In this document: positions 1 to 25,149 of the stretch, piece by piece
How positions within the stretch are numbered: the stretch's first letter is position 1
Layout of the letters: each line of letters starts with the position of its first letter
NCBI RefSeq assembly: GCF_009914755.1
Contig: NC_060943.1
DNA: 64,000 bases
Source: the human T2T-CHM13v2.0 reference genome, Homo sapiens
Direction: 5' to 3' (one strand)
Position numbers and translations under genes: made by a program
Notes under the pieces: generated by a model
Told to the model about the DNA's origin: nothing
The model's database searches: none
Seen by the model: only the letters and a program-made list of their open reading frames with translations

Positions 1-1347
1 CTGAGTATGTGTCTCTCGCTGGGCCTGTGCCGGAGCAGGGTCTGAGTGGGGAAAGAAAACAAAGTCCTCTCCTTGATCCTTTCATGACAGTGACATGGGC
101 ACTTTGGGAAACACAGGATTTCAGGTTCAGTGATGGGGGTTAAGATCTGAGGGGGAGGCCTGGACATATTTTTTGCACTGACTCTGATGGTTGAGGCAGT
201 TGATTTAGTTCTGGAGTGCAGACTAATCAGCTGACCATTTGCTCTCACTCCTCTGAGGTTTAGATGCCTAAGAAGAGAGGATTTGAGCCAATAAATGACT
301 ATGGGGTCCTTGGAACCCAGTAAGCCCTCACTTCTGGTGGAGAAGATGGGCCTGTGGCTGCAGACAGACCTCATGTGACCCTGATCTCCCCCTTTGGGTT
401 TGTGTGACTCTGGTTCAGTGACTGTGCCTTCCTGTGCCTCAGTTTTCTCTCAATCAAATAAGCTAAGTGGCAAATGGACTGTGGCTTTTCATGCTATCTG
501 TGAATAAATGTTAAATGATTCAGTCACCTGACCTAATGCTTGGCACAGTGGAGGTTTCACACAAACAGCATTTATTATTAATTTGCTTCCATGAGAAAGC
601 ACCTTTACGTCAGATCCCTGTGGACAAGCTGCTACCAGGTACATCTTCTCCCTTCTGTTTATGCTTCTGGGGACATTAGACTTTCTATGGACTGTCCTAA
701 GCCTCCTAAAGCAGTTGGCTGATGTCCTACAAAGCTTGTCTTTCTGTCCTCTCCACTCTGAGTGTCAGGTGAAGAAAGCTCTGTCTTTGCCCAGATGAGG
801 CTCTGAGGGCTGAGCCCTGGCTGGTGAGCAGCTCCAGGAGACACAGTCCTCAGACAGCTGGTAAATTCTTGGTCCCAGTAAGGCCTGCCCAATAAGCCAC
901 AACCCAGCACTGGCACAGGCTCCTCAGCTTAACTGGAGCAAGGATTTAGGGACAGAGGTCTGGGGTTGAGGCTTCTAGGGCTGAGCTTCTCTGAGGGTCT
1001 CAGGGGGCCCCTCAGGCCAAAGCCCTACTCAGTTCTCCAGGGTCTTTCTCAGGGTCAAATTTATGAAGAGGGCATGAGGTGCTTGGCTGAGACTGATCTC
1101 CTCCTGCTGAGTCCCCCCATCAGACTGTCCTTCCTCTGCAGCGAGTGTCTGCAGGGTCTGGATGCGGGAAAGGAATTCTGATCTGTTGAAATTTGTCTCC
1201 TCTGTGTGTGTCCTGCACTAAATGCCCAAACCGCAGCATGGGACATAATGCAGAGAGGGACACAGGCACAGTCCAGGCCTGACAATCCTGTGTGTGTGAA
1301 GTAGAAATGACCCCTGTCCCCCAACACCCAGGGATCATGTGGAATCA

Positions 1348-1803
<456 letters not shown>

Positions 1804-1822
1804 TCAATCCTCAGCCTTGAAG

Positions 1823-1853
<31 letters not shown>

Positions 1854-1892
1854 AAAGGTGCATGTTAGTTTGTGTGTGTGTATGTGTGTGTG
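1823..1892. repeat. (CA)n followed by (TG)n microsatellites in PSG5 intron 1
   Basis: Visible directly; a degenerate paralog lies near 20943-21007. Confidence 0.9.
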
Positions 1893-2497
1893 TCCTACTG
1901 TCCTACTAGGTCAAGGTCAGCAGCGTGACCCCTATTCCTTCAACACTTCTGACCTTGGCATTTTTGTATGGAATCCTCTTCCCCAGGGGTCCACACGGCA
2001 CCCCCCCCCCAACACTGCCCTCAGGTCCTGCTCACATCAGGGCATCCTTAGACTTCTTTCCTGACACCTCCTTCAGAGACCCTGGGTCTTCCCTTTCTGA
2101 CCTTTCCCTGCTCTGCTCCCTCCAGGGTTCTTGTCAACACCTGACCTCACATTCTAGATCTCTTTGCATGTCTGTCTTCCTCCCCATGACAGCGTGAGCT
2201 CTGTGAGGACAGGGACTTTTGTGATCTTGGTTGCACCCCAGTGCCTGGAACAGGCTGCAGACTCCTGCAGATGTGAGAGTTCTCAGGGCCCTCCACACCC
2301 TTGGTGTTTTATTTTCCCCCAATTGTTGAGGATTTTGCTGAGGACAGTGTTTCATGTCCTGCTTATACTTTTATTAGAAGTGTCATCTGATATAGTTATT
2401 ATTATCATTTTTCAAAATATGGTGGCCCCTGATGATTAATCAGGAAAACAGAACACTTAAGATTTTCCTACCTCTTACCAATTCCGGTTCAATATGA

Positions 2498-2858
<361 letters not shown>

Positions 2859-2954
2859 CTTCTTTTATTTTTTAGAACCCCATCCTCTCCAGGAGACCCA
2901 ATCCAGTCACTCTTCTTCCTCCTCCTGTCCTCTCCCAGGAAGTTCTCTCCTCAC

Positions 2955-3018
2955 CTGTGAGCAGGACCCCCTTCCAGGTGATGTGCTGTGTGCAGGGAGG
3001 GGCTGAGAGGGGCCCCAT
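2955..3018 (-). CDS. PSG5: PSG5 exon 1 coding part (signal peptide [21 protein letters not shown])
   Basis: ATG at 3018-3016, 64 nt to a GTGAG donor; canonical CEA-family leader exon length; in frame with exon 2. Confidence 0.95.
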
Positions 3019-3200
3019 GGTCTCTGCGCCTGCGTGTTCTCCTCTGTGGAGCTGAGCCTAGGATCCAGAAACTTCCTGAGCACGGCTGTAGGCTGTGCTG
3101 TCCTTCCTCCTTCTGTGCTGAGCCTCTTCCCAGGGCAGAAGCACTTCTCAGGCTCATGGGCGGGGTCAGGCCCAGGACACCTCTCTGTCCCCTCCTCTCT
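3019..3200 (-). promoter_or_regulatory. PSG5: PSG5 5'UTR and TATA-less core promoter with GC box (Sp1/KLF) and overlapping DR5 RARE-like element
   Basis: gggcgggg at 3158-3165 (-140 to -147 from ATG); GGGTCA-n5-AGGACA at 3163-3179; no TATA box seen; agrees with recalled PSG promoter architecture. Confidence 0.75.
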
Positions 3201-5335
3201 CAGTCCTGCCTCCTTGTCCCTCCTTCTGTTTTTCCTTTTGTCTGTGTTTCAGGTCCCTGGGAATTGTGGAGGCCTCTGCATTTTTCAGCAGTGATTCTTT
3301 CACCAAACCTCAACCACACTTTGTGCAGACACACACACACAGAAGAGACACACACAGACCCACACAGTCACACACATACCCCGCAGGTTGGGCAAGCAGA
3401 GTCCTGGGCCTCAGCCTCCTGCTGTCCCCATGGCTCTGGGTCGGGATGCACATTCACGCCCTTTGCCCTCTTTCATCCCCATCTGGCTCTCCCCTTCAGT
3501 GCAGGAGGCTGAAGCTGCAACGGGTCCCTGTCACAGTGATGCCCCATTGTGCTGTGGGTGAGCTGTGTGTTGCCTGGTGAGAGGGACCCTTCCTTTCTCT
3601 AATCGTGTCTAGCTTGGCTGCAGCTTCCAAGGATGGACCTTCAGGACCTGGGTGTCCCAGAGGAAACTGTCCTTCCTGGAGGTGTGCAGGGTGAATCTCT
3701 CATGCCTCTTGGGAGGAGAGGCCTGTGCTGGTTGCTCAGTGGGGGCTGTGAGTCCCAGAGTCAAGAGGACAGTTCTTCGTCACTCTATGGCTCCCTGGGG
3801 TCTGGCAGCTGAGCTGGAGCTCAGGGTTTCTCATGTTCTCCCTGACCATCTTTGATGTCCTCTCTTCTCTGCCCAGCTGACTGTCCTGGGGTCACCACAC
3901 CTTCCCCGTTGTGGTGCAGGAGGAAGTGGGGAGTTACCCAGGAACCCCGCGGGACATGGCTCGTTGAGACGCAGGAGGGGGAGCCTGGGACAGAGCAGGG
4001 GTTCAGAGCTGGAGAGATTCATCCCGACTTACTCCGTGGCCATGATGGGCTCAGCCCTCCATGTGCTGACATACCCAGGGGTCTGTCCTGAGGGTTTTGA
4101 CCTGGCCAAGCTGCTCTCTGTAGAGGAGGAACAGGCATTGGCCAGAGATCCTGTCTGGAGGGACGTTGCTCACACCTGAGAGGGCGGGTGGGGGTGAGTT
4201 GTGTTCTGAGAGCAAAGAGCAATAACACCCCTCATCTCCCCGCAAGCACACAAGAGAGGTCTGTCTTCCCAAGGGACAGCTGGGGGTAGGTGGCCACATC
4301 CCGGATGGTGCCTGTGTGTGACCATCACACGCTCTCTGCGCCCCCTGGGCTGCAGCAGGCAGGCAGGACACAGGGTGCCTGGCTGATTCCCGGGGAGGCT
4401 GTGGGCCCTCAGGCAGCCACTGTTCTGTGTCAACACTAGGCTTGGCCTGGGATGCCCCAGAGAACAGGACAGATGGAGCAGGGGCGGGCATTTAGGGAGC
4501 AGTGACAGAAAGAGTTGATAAGGATGGAGGGAGGTCACGAGGGGAAAGAGCTCAGCGTGGCGTCGCGTGCACCAGCGCTGCCCTGGGAGATGCCTTTAGC
4601 TGGGCCCAGGGAAGGAGCAGGTGTGTGGGGCTGGAGCTACCTACAGAGGGAGTGGTGTTAGGTTGGCGGCCGCCAGGTCAGAGAGGAGCTGACAGAGTCC
4701 ATGTGGGGAGCATGGAGGGCGCTGAGGACTTGGGCCGAATTGACCCTGGTGAGGGTGGACCCTTCTGGGCTGTGGGTTCTAATGAGGGACGTTGGCATCC
4801 CCTGGGAAGGCTCCAGCCTGGGAGGGACTCTGTCGTCCTCTGGTGGACAGGGAGGGAAGTGTGAACGGCAGCAATCCCAGGCCAGGCTGCATGTTTTATT
4901 CCACATGGATCTGCACACTTCACACGAGGTCACACTTACGTTATGTTACAGCTCCTTCACCTTCCAGCCCCGTGAGTCCCAGTCTGTGTGGCTCTACGTT
5001 CACTGTTCTCCCTCTTTCACAATCAGATGTCCCAAACACAGATTTTTGTCACCTTCTGTGAGTTTGTGTTTGTGTGCAGTAGGCAGCACTGTGTATACCC
5101 TGGGGGCAGTGATGTCTGGGGCTGAGCACTGCAGTTGGGCTTGGGAGCAGAAGAGGGAGCAGCAGGATGGGAAGACCAATATCAGGGGGGCAGGGACAAG
5201 TCATTTTCATTTTCTCACTCCCAGGGACCAGAACCCAGGATTCTGACTCCAGGGCACAGTACCACACCCTGCTGGTGTCCCTGGATGTCATGATGCTCAT
5301 AGTGTCATGTTGCCTTGGCATTCATTTTTATAAGG

Positions 5336-5830
5336 TGTAAGTTTATTTGCCTCAAATCAGAGGCAGGGCTTGGTCACCATGGCAGTTTTCAATACTGTAT
5401 CTGGTTCAGGTGGCTCCAGTTGGTGTCCAGAGATAAAATCTTAGAGGCATCTCTCCTGCTTGGTGTGCTGGGCTCCCGTCTCTCCAGCTGCTTTCCTTAA
5501 ACTGATAATTCTGACATTCGCCCTCACATTTAAAGTGACCACCTCTCAGTCACAGCGTGAGCTCCTGGTCCCAGTGTTTGCTGCTTGCTTTGAACACATC
5601 CATTAAAGCTCCCTGCTGGAAACCTGTCAGATAACACCCTGGACTTAATAAAGCCATTCGCTTACAGGTCTCTTCTCTCCTCCCTGCCTGGGCTCACTGA
5701 CCTCTGTGTCTCTTGTCTCCAGGTGGGCCAAGTGCTCCCCAGTGTCTGTAAGTAGTAAAAATCTTACAATTTCACATTGTGGTTGTTGCCTCACATGCCA
5801 TCCAGGGCCTGACATTGAGGCTGCCTTATG
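5336..5830 (+). mobile_element. Probable old LTR fragment (family unassigned)
   Basis: Starts TGTAAG, contains AATAAA near 5647, LTR-like composition; paralog about 24466-24930. Boundaries approximate. Confidence 0.3.
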
Positions 5831-6049
5831 GGACCTGTGCTGGCTGAGCCCCTGCTGGAGCTCTTGTTTTGGGGCCTCTGGTTCTGCTGGGGACAGGAGC
5901 TTCCAGCTAACTTGATTGAAAACTGATGCCTTTCATTGAAAACACTGGGTCAGATGATGTATTCATGGGCTTCAGCTGCCATAACAAACACCTTAGCCTG
6001 GGTGAATTAAATAATAGAAATCTATTTTTCACAGTTCTGTGAATAATGT

Positions 6050-7490
6050 GCTATTTTAACCACTTTAAAATAAACAATCAAGTGAAATTAACCACATACA
6101 CAGTGTTAAATTACCATCACCAGTATTTTTCCTAGAAAATTTTTATCATTTTAAACTGAAACTTTGTATCTTTTAAACAATAACTCCCTGTATGTTCCAC
6201 CCTAGACCTTGATCATCTCTACTCTGTCTCTATGAATTTGCCTATTCTTAATGGTTCATATAAATGGAATTATACAATGGTGTTATTTTGTTTCTGACAT
6301 ATTTCACTTAGCATAATGTTTCCAAAGTCCATGCATGTTCCAGCAGGTGTCAGAGCTTCATTCCTCTTTATGGCAGATTAACATTCTGTTGTATGTGTCA
6401 CCATATTTATTTATTCATGTGTTGATGAGCACTTGGATTGTTTTCATATTTTATATTTTGTGAATAATGCTGCAATCAACATTCCTATGCAAGTACCTGT
6501 TTGAGTCCCTGGATTTAATTTTTTGGGTATATACCTAGGAATGGATGTTGTTTCAAATGAGAATTCTATGATTAGCTTTTTGAGGAACAGGAAAACTGTT
6601 TCTCCTAGTGGCTGTACATTTTTATATTCTCACCAGCAATATATGAGGATTCCAAATTCTACATAATGCTGCTACTTGTTATTTAACATTGTAAAAGAAT
6701 GGTAGCCAGTTTTGTAGGTGTGATTGGTGTCTCATTGCAGCTTTGACGTTGTATTTTCCTAATGACTAATGATGTTGAGTATCTTTTCATGTCCTTCTTG
6801 ACTATTTGTATATCTTCTTTGAAGAAATGTCTATTTGAGTCTTTTGCCCATTTATAAATTGGATGGTTTGTCCTTTTGTTATTGAGTTGTAGCTAGTTCT
6901 TGATATTATCTGGACATGAAAACTGCCTATATGTGGTTTGCAGATATTTTCTCTCATTCTGTGCCTATTATTTTCTTGATAATTTCCTTTGATGTACAAA
7001 AGGCTTACATCTTGATAAAGCCCAATTTATCTTTTTTTCTTGTTTCTCATGCTTTTGTATCATATCTAAGAATCCACTGCACATTTGAGATCATCAATAC
7101 TTACGTCTATGTTTATTTTAAGATGTTTTTATGGTTATAGGTCTTATATTTAACTCAGTGATCAATTTTTTAGAGAATGGTTTGATATCGTGGGAGGTAG
7201 AATTATCTAAATTAACTGTTTTGCATGTGGTTATCTAGTTGTTTCTGCACTATCATTTGAAAGGAGAATTGTTCCTCCATTAAATTGTCTTGATACCTCC
7301 TTCAAAGAGTAATTGACCATAAGTGTCAGGGTTTATTTCTAGACTCTCAATTCTATCCCATTTGTCTTTATGTCTATCTTTTGCCAGCAGCTTCTGTTTT
7401 AATAATTGTACTACTTTGTCAGTTTTCAAATAAGAAAGTTCAAGTCCTACAATTTATTTCGGCAAGATTGTTTTGGCTATTCAGTGGTCC
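6050..7490 (-). mobile_element. Old L1 (L1M-class) 3' fragment
   Basis: Antisense L1 3'-end motifs (atttcacttagcataatg, gaaatgtctattt); ORF 6802-6999 resembles a degenerate ORF2 C-terminus. Confidence 0.8.
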
Positions 7491-7800
7491 TTTTTGAAAG
7501 GTGGGAAGGCCAGTGTTTCACAATTGGGAAAGCCTTTTCTGTCTTCTTCAGGGGGAAATTTGGGAGAACCTTCAAGAAACTTATTCTAAGTAGGTAAACT
7601 GTCACCACTTTATTTGCTGAAGTGCTATGTTAAAGTGTGCATTGCCTCTTGTGGAAGAATTGTGAGACCCTGGAAGCACTTGCCCATGTGGTGAGAGACA
7701 GTAAATTCCACGATGAGGGGGGAAGGGAACATTGTTTTAGGACACCGTGTTGTTGGGGAGTTGTATACATCTCTACTTATTTATGTCTCTGTACAGTGGG

Positions 7801-8796
7801 TGTAGGGACCAGCCCCACAGGGTCGGTGGGTTTTTCTCCACATGTACAGAGATGAGAGATTGTAGAAATGAAGACACAAGACAAAGAGATAAAAGAAAAG
7901 ACAATTGGGCCCAGGGAACCACTACCACCAAGACGTGGAGAACGGTAGTGGCCACGAATGCCAGGCTGCGCTGATATTTATTGTATACAAGACAAAGGGG
8001 CAGGATAAGGAGTGTGAGCCATCTCCAATGATAGGTGAGACCACATGGGTCACGTGTCCACTGGACAGGGGGCCCTTCTCTGCTTGGCAGCTGAGGCAGA
8101 GAGAGAGAGGAGAAAGAGCTTACAGCATTATTTCTGCTTATTAGAGACTTTTAGTACTTTCACTAATTTGCTACTGCTAACTAAACAGCAGAGCCAGGTG
8201 TACAGGATGGAACATGAAGGCAGACTAGGAGTGTGACCACTGAAGCACAGCATCACAGGGAGACGGTTAGGCCTCCGGATAACTGTGGGTGGACCTCACT
8301 AACATCAGGCCCTCCACAAGAGATGGAGAAGTAGAGTCTTCTCTAAACTCCCCCGGGGAAAGGGAGACTCCCTTTCCCGGTCTGCTAAGTAGTGGGTGTT
8401 TTTCCTTGACACTGAGGGTACCTCTAGTCCATGGTCCACTTGGCAACAGGTGTCTTCCCAGACGCTGGTAATACCACTAGACCAGGAGCCCTCTAGTGGC
8501 CCTGTCTGGGCATAACAGAAGGCTCGCAATCTTGTCTTCTGGTCACTTCTCACTATGTCTCCCCAGCTCCTATCTATTTATGACCTGGCTTTTCCTAGGT
8601 TATAATCATAGAGCGAGGATTATTATAATATTGGAATAAAGAGTAATTGCTACCAACTAATGATTAATGATATTCCTATATAATCATATCTAAGATCTAT
8701 ATCTGGTATAACTATTCTCCTTTTATATTTTATTATACTGGAAAAGCTCGTGCCCTCGGTCTCTTGCCTCAGCACCTGGGTGGCTTGCCGCCCACA
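7801..8796 (-). mobile_element. Solo LTR13 (ERVK class)
   Basis: Minus strand begins TGTGGGCGGCAAGCCACCCAGG and ends GGTCCCTACA; 996 bp; 6-bp target-site duplication AGTGGG at 7795-7800 and 8797-8802. Confidence 0.9.
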
Positions 8797-9322
8797 AGTG
8801 GGCATCTCCGTTGGACACAGTAGGTTTTGAAATCCTTGTTTATTCTCTGGGGTCTGGGTCTTGGCTTACCTGTTAGCTGCAGCTGAAAGAGGTGTCTGCT
8901 AAGTCAATGACACCTGTGGGGAGAAGAAGGATTCAGCAGAGTGAAAGTAGCTGGGACTCAGAGAAGCCAGGAAAGTCTGACTCTTAGAAACTGTGGGTCA
9001 GCAGATGGGTGTCCTCAGGGATAAATGGGCCATGCCGGTAGCCACTGCAGTGAACTGGAAGAAGGTAAGGGATGCTGGGTATCCCATGTTCTCTCTCAGC
9101 TCTGCAGCTGAAGATTTGGGCCCTGGGCTAGTACAGCCCTGCAGCAGGGGAAGGGTATACAGGAATGGCTGCATATCAGGACCAAGTCCATGTCATCTTC
9201 TTAGGCATTGTTACTGCAGATGGAGGATTCTGTTCAGAGACCTGGCCTGGACACATGGGAGGGCCCACCCCATTCTTTTAAAATTATTTTAAGAGAACAG
9301 TATTAGCAAATGTGGTACATGT

Positions 9323-9328
9323 TTTATT
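9323..9328 (-). terminator. PSG4: Likely PSG4 polyadenylation signal AATAAA
   Basis: tttatt on plus, about 645 nt downstream of the DWILP stop; conserved in the paralog at 28428-28433. Confidence 0.65.
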
Positions 9329-9972
9329 CTGCTAGAATCAGTATTACTGTCACGTTTTACACTGTATCTCTTAGGAAATGGTGAGAGCCATCCACACAAT
9401 GTGCATTTAAAGGAGACTCTACTGTAATTTCAGCTTTCCTACTCTTTATAGAAACCATCTTCTCTGCAAACACACAGGCAATATCTCTGTGTTCATTTCT
9501 ATTGGGAGCCCTGTATGCAAGATGGAGAGAGCCACATTTCCCCTGAGATGTTACGTAAAAGTTTGAGGTTGAGATGACATATCTGACACTCTGTTGTTAC
9601 CCTCAGAAGCTACTACATGTGAAATTCTAATGACTGCATTATCCTGCCAAGTGAAAGAGGCAGGCATGAGCAAGGACAGTTAAGAGGGGTGGGAGCCTTA
9701 TCATGATGGGGAGTCTTGTTCTGACATCTTTGGAAAAACTGTCCACAGTGTGAAGTCATCAACTTGTTATCCTGGTTTACAGTTTGAGTAGCTGTTGTTA
9801 TGGTGTCGAACATTTTGGTGAGTTCTGAGTGGCTCACATGTCAGGTACAAGGGTTTTCCCATGAAATTTACATCGAGTTGTCCACCTCCAGCTTATAGGG
9901 CTTCTGGAACAGAGTGGGTCTTGCTCTTCGTGATTCCATGGGAGAAAATGGAATTGGAGGAACTAGTAGAAT

Positions 9973-22151
<12,179 letters not shown>

Positions 22152-22330
22152 GGTCTCTGCTGCCTGTGTGTTCTCCTCTGTGGAGATGAGCCTAGGATCC
22201 AGAAGCTTCCTGAGTACGGCTGTCAGCTGTGCTGTCCTTCCTCCTTCTGCGCTGAGCCTCTTCCCGGGGCAGGAGCACTTCTCAGGTTCATGGGCGGGGT
22301 CAGGCCCAGGACACCTCTCTGTCCCCTCCT
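22152..22330 (-). promoter_or_regulatory. PSG4: PSG4 5'UTR and TATA-less core promoter (GC box + DR5-like element)
   Basis: gggcgggg at 22292-22299; GGGTCA-n5-AGGACA at 22297-22313, identical to PSG5. Confidence 0.75.
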
Positions 22331-25149
22331 CTCTCAGTTCTGCCTCCTTGTCCCTCCTGTTTTTCCTTTTGTCTGTGTTTCAGGTCCCTGGGAATTGTGG
22401 AGCGCTCTGCATTTTTCAGCAGTGATTCTTTCACCAAACCTCAACACACACTTTGTGCAGATGCACACACACACACACACACAGAAGAGACACACACGAC
22501 CCACACGGTCACACACATACCCTGCAGGTTGGGCAAGCACAGTCCTGGGCCTCAGCCTCCTGCTGTCCCCATGGCTCTGGGGTAGGGTGCACATTCACGC
22601 CCTTTACCCTCTTCCTTCCTCATCTGGCTCTCCCCTTCAGTGCAGGAGCTGCACAAGGTTCCCGTCACAGTGACGTCCCATTGTGCTGTGGGTGAGCTCT
22701 GTGTTGTCTGGTAAGAGGGACCCTTCCTTTCTCTAATCGTGTCTAGCTTGGCTGCAGCTTCCAAGGATGAACATTCAGTACCTGGGTTTCCCAGAGGTAA
22801 CTATCCGTCCTGGAGGTGTGCAGGGTGAATCTCTCAGGCCTCTTGGGAGGAGAGGCCTGTGCTGATTGCTCAGTGGGGGCTGTGAATCCCAGAGTCAAAG
22901 GGACAGTTCTCGGTCACTCTGTGACTCCATGGGGTCTGGCAGCTGAGCTGGAGCTCTTGGTTTCTCATGTTCTTCCTGACCACCTTTGATGTCCTCTCTT
23001 CTCTGCCCAGCTGACTGTCCTGGGGTCACCACACCTTCCCCGTGGTGGTGCAGGAGGAAGTGGGGAGTTACCCAGGAACCCCGCGGGACATGGCTCATTG
23101 AGACGCAGGAGGGGGAGCCTGGGACAGAGCAGGGGTTCAGAGCTGGAGAGATTCATCCCGACTTACTCCGTGGCCATGATGGGCTCAGCCCTCCCTGTGC
23201 TGACATACCCAGGGGTCTGTCCTGACGGTTTTGACCTGGCCAAGCTGCTCTCTGTAGAGGAGGAACAGGCAGTGGCCAGAGAGCCTGTCTGGAGGGACCT
23301 TGCTCACACCTGAGAGGGCGGGTGGGGGTGAGTTGTGTTCTGGGAGCAAAGAAAAATAACACCCCCCTTCTCCCCGCAAGCACACAGGAGAGGTCTGTCT
23401 TCCCAAGGGACAGCTGGTGGCAGGTGGCCACATCCCGGATGGTGCCTGTGTGTGACCATCACACGCTCTCTGCGCCCCCTGGGCTGCAGCGGGCAGGCAG
23501 GACACAGGGTGCCTGGCTGATTCCCGGGGAGGCTGTGGGCCCTCAGGCAGCCGCTGTTCTGTGTCAGCGCTAGGCTTGGCCTGGGATGCCCCAGAGAACA
23601 GGACAGATGGAGCAGGGGCGGGCATTTAGGGAGCAGTGACAGAAAGAGTTGATGAGGATGGAGGGAGGTCACGAGGGGAAAGCGTCCAGTGTGGCGTCGC
23701 GTGCACCATCGCTGCCCTGGGAGATGCCTTTAGCGGGCCCAGGGAAGGAGCAGGTGTGTGGGGCTGGAGCTACCTACAGAGGGAGTGGTGTTAGGTTGGC
23801 GGCTGCGGGTCAGGAAGGAGCTGACAGAGTCCGTGTTGGGAGCATGGAGGGCTCTGAAGACTTGGGCCGAAGTGACCCTGGTGAGGGTGGACCCTGCTGG
23901 GCTGTGGGTTCCGCTGAGGGACGTTGGCATCCCCTAGGAAGGCTCCAGGCTGGGAGGGACTCTGTCGCCCTCTGGTGGACAGGGAGGGAAGTGTGAACGG
24001 CAGCAATCCCAGGCCAGGCTGCATGTTTTATTCCATGTGGATCTGCACACTTCACATGAGGTCACACATATGTTATGTTACAGCTCCATCACCTTCCAGC
24101 CCCTTGAGTCCCAGTCTGTGTGACTCTACGTTCACTGTTCTCCCTCTTTCACAATCAGATGTCCCAAATGCAGATTTTTGTCACCTTCTGTGAGTTTGTG
24201 TTTGTGTGCAGTAGGCAGCACTGTGTATACCCTGGGGGCAGTGATGTCTGGGGCTGAGCAGTGCACGTGGGCTTGGGAGCAGAAGAGGGAGCAGCAGGAT
24301 GGGAAGATCAATATCGGGGGGCAGGGACAAGTCATTTTCTTTTTCTCACTCCCAGGGACCAGAACCCAGGATTCTGACTCCAGGGCACAGTACCACACCC
24401 TGCTGGTGTCCCTGGATGTCATGAGGCTCATAGTGTCATGTTGCCTTGGCATTCATTTTTTAAGATGTAAGTTTATTTGCCTCAAATCAGAGGCAGGGCT
24501 TGGTCACCATGGCAGTTTTCAATACTGTCTCTGGTTCAAGTGACTCCAGTTGGTGTGCAGAGATAAAATCTTAGAGGCATCTCTCCTGCTTGGTGTGCTG
24601 GACTCCCCTCTCTGCAGCTGCTTCTTTAAACTGATAATTCTGACATTCGCCTTCACATTTAAAGTGACCTCCTCTCAGTCACAGCGTGAGCTCCTGGTCC
24701 CAGTGTTTGTTGCTTGCTTTGAACACATCCATTAAAGCTCCCTGCTGGAAACCTGTCAGATAACACCCTGGACTTAATAAAGCCTGGGCTCACTGACCTC
24801 TGTGTCTGTGGTCTCCAAGTGTGCCGAGGGCTCCCTAGTGTCTGTAAGTAGTACAAGAACATACATTTTCACGTTGTGGTTGTATCATTGTAGCCTCACA
24901 TGCCATCCAGAGCCTGACATTGAGGCTGTCCTATGGGACCTGTGCTGGTTGAGCCCCTGCTGGAGCTCTTGTTTTGGGGCCTCTGGTTCTCCTGGATACA
25001 GGAGCTTCCAGCTAACTTGATTGAAAACTGATGCCTTTCATTGAAACACTGGCTCAGATGATGGATTCATGGGCTTCAGCTGCCATAACAAACACCTTAG
25101 CCTGGGTGAATTAAATAATAGAAATCTATTTTTCACAGTTCTGTGAATA

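Noticed and set aside
3266-5321. ORFs repeated upstream of both PSG genes (e.g. 146 aa at 4051-4491 and 23185-23625)
   Set aside because: Similarity is explained by the recent duplication; no recognisable domain; neighbouring frames differ by indels.
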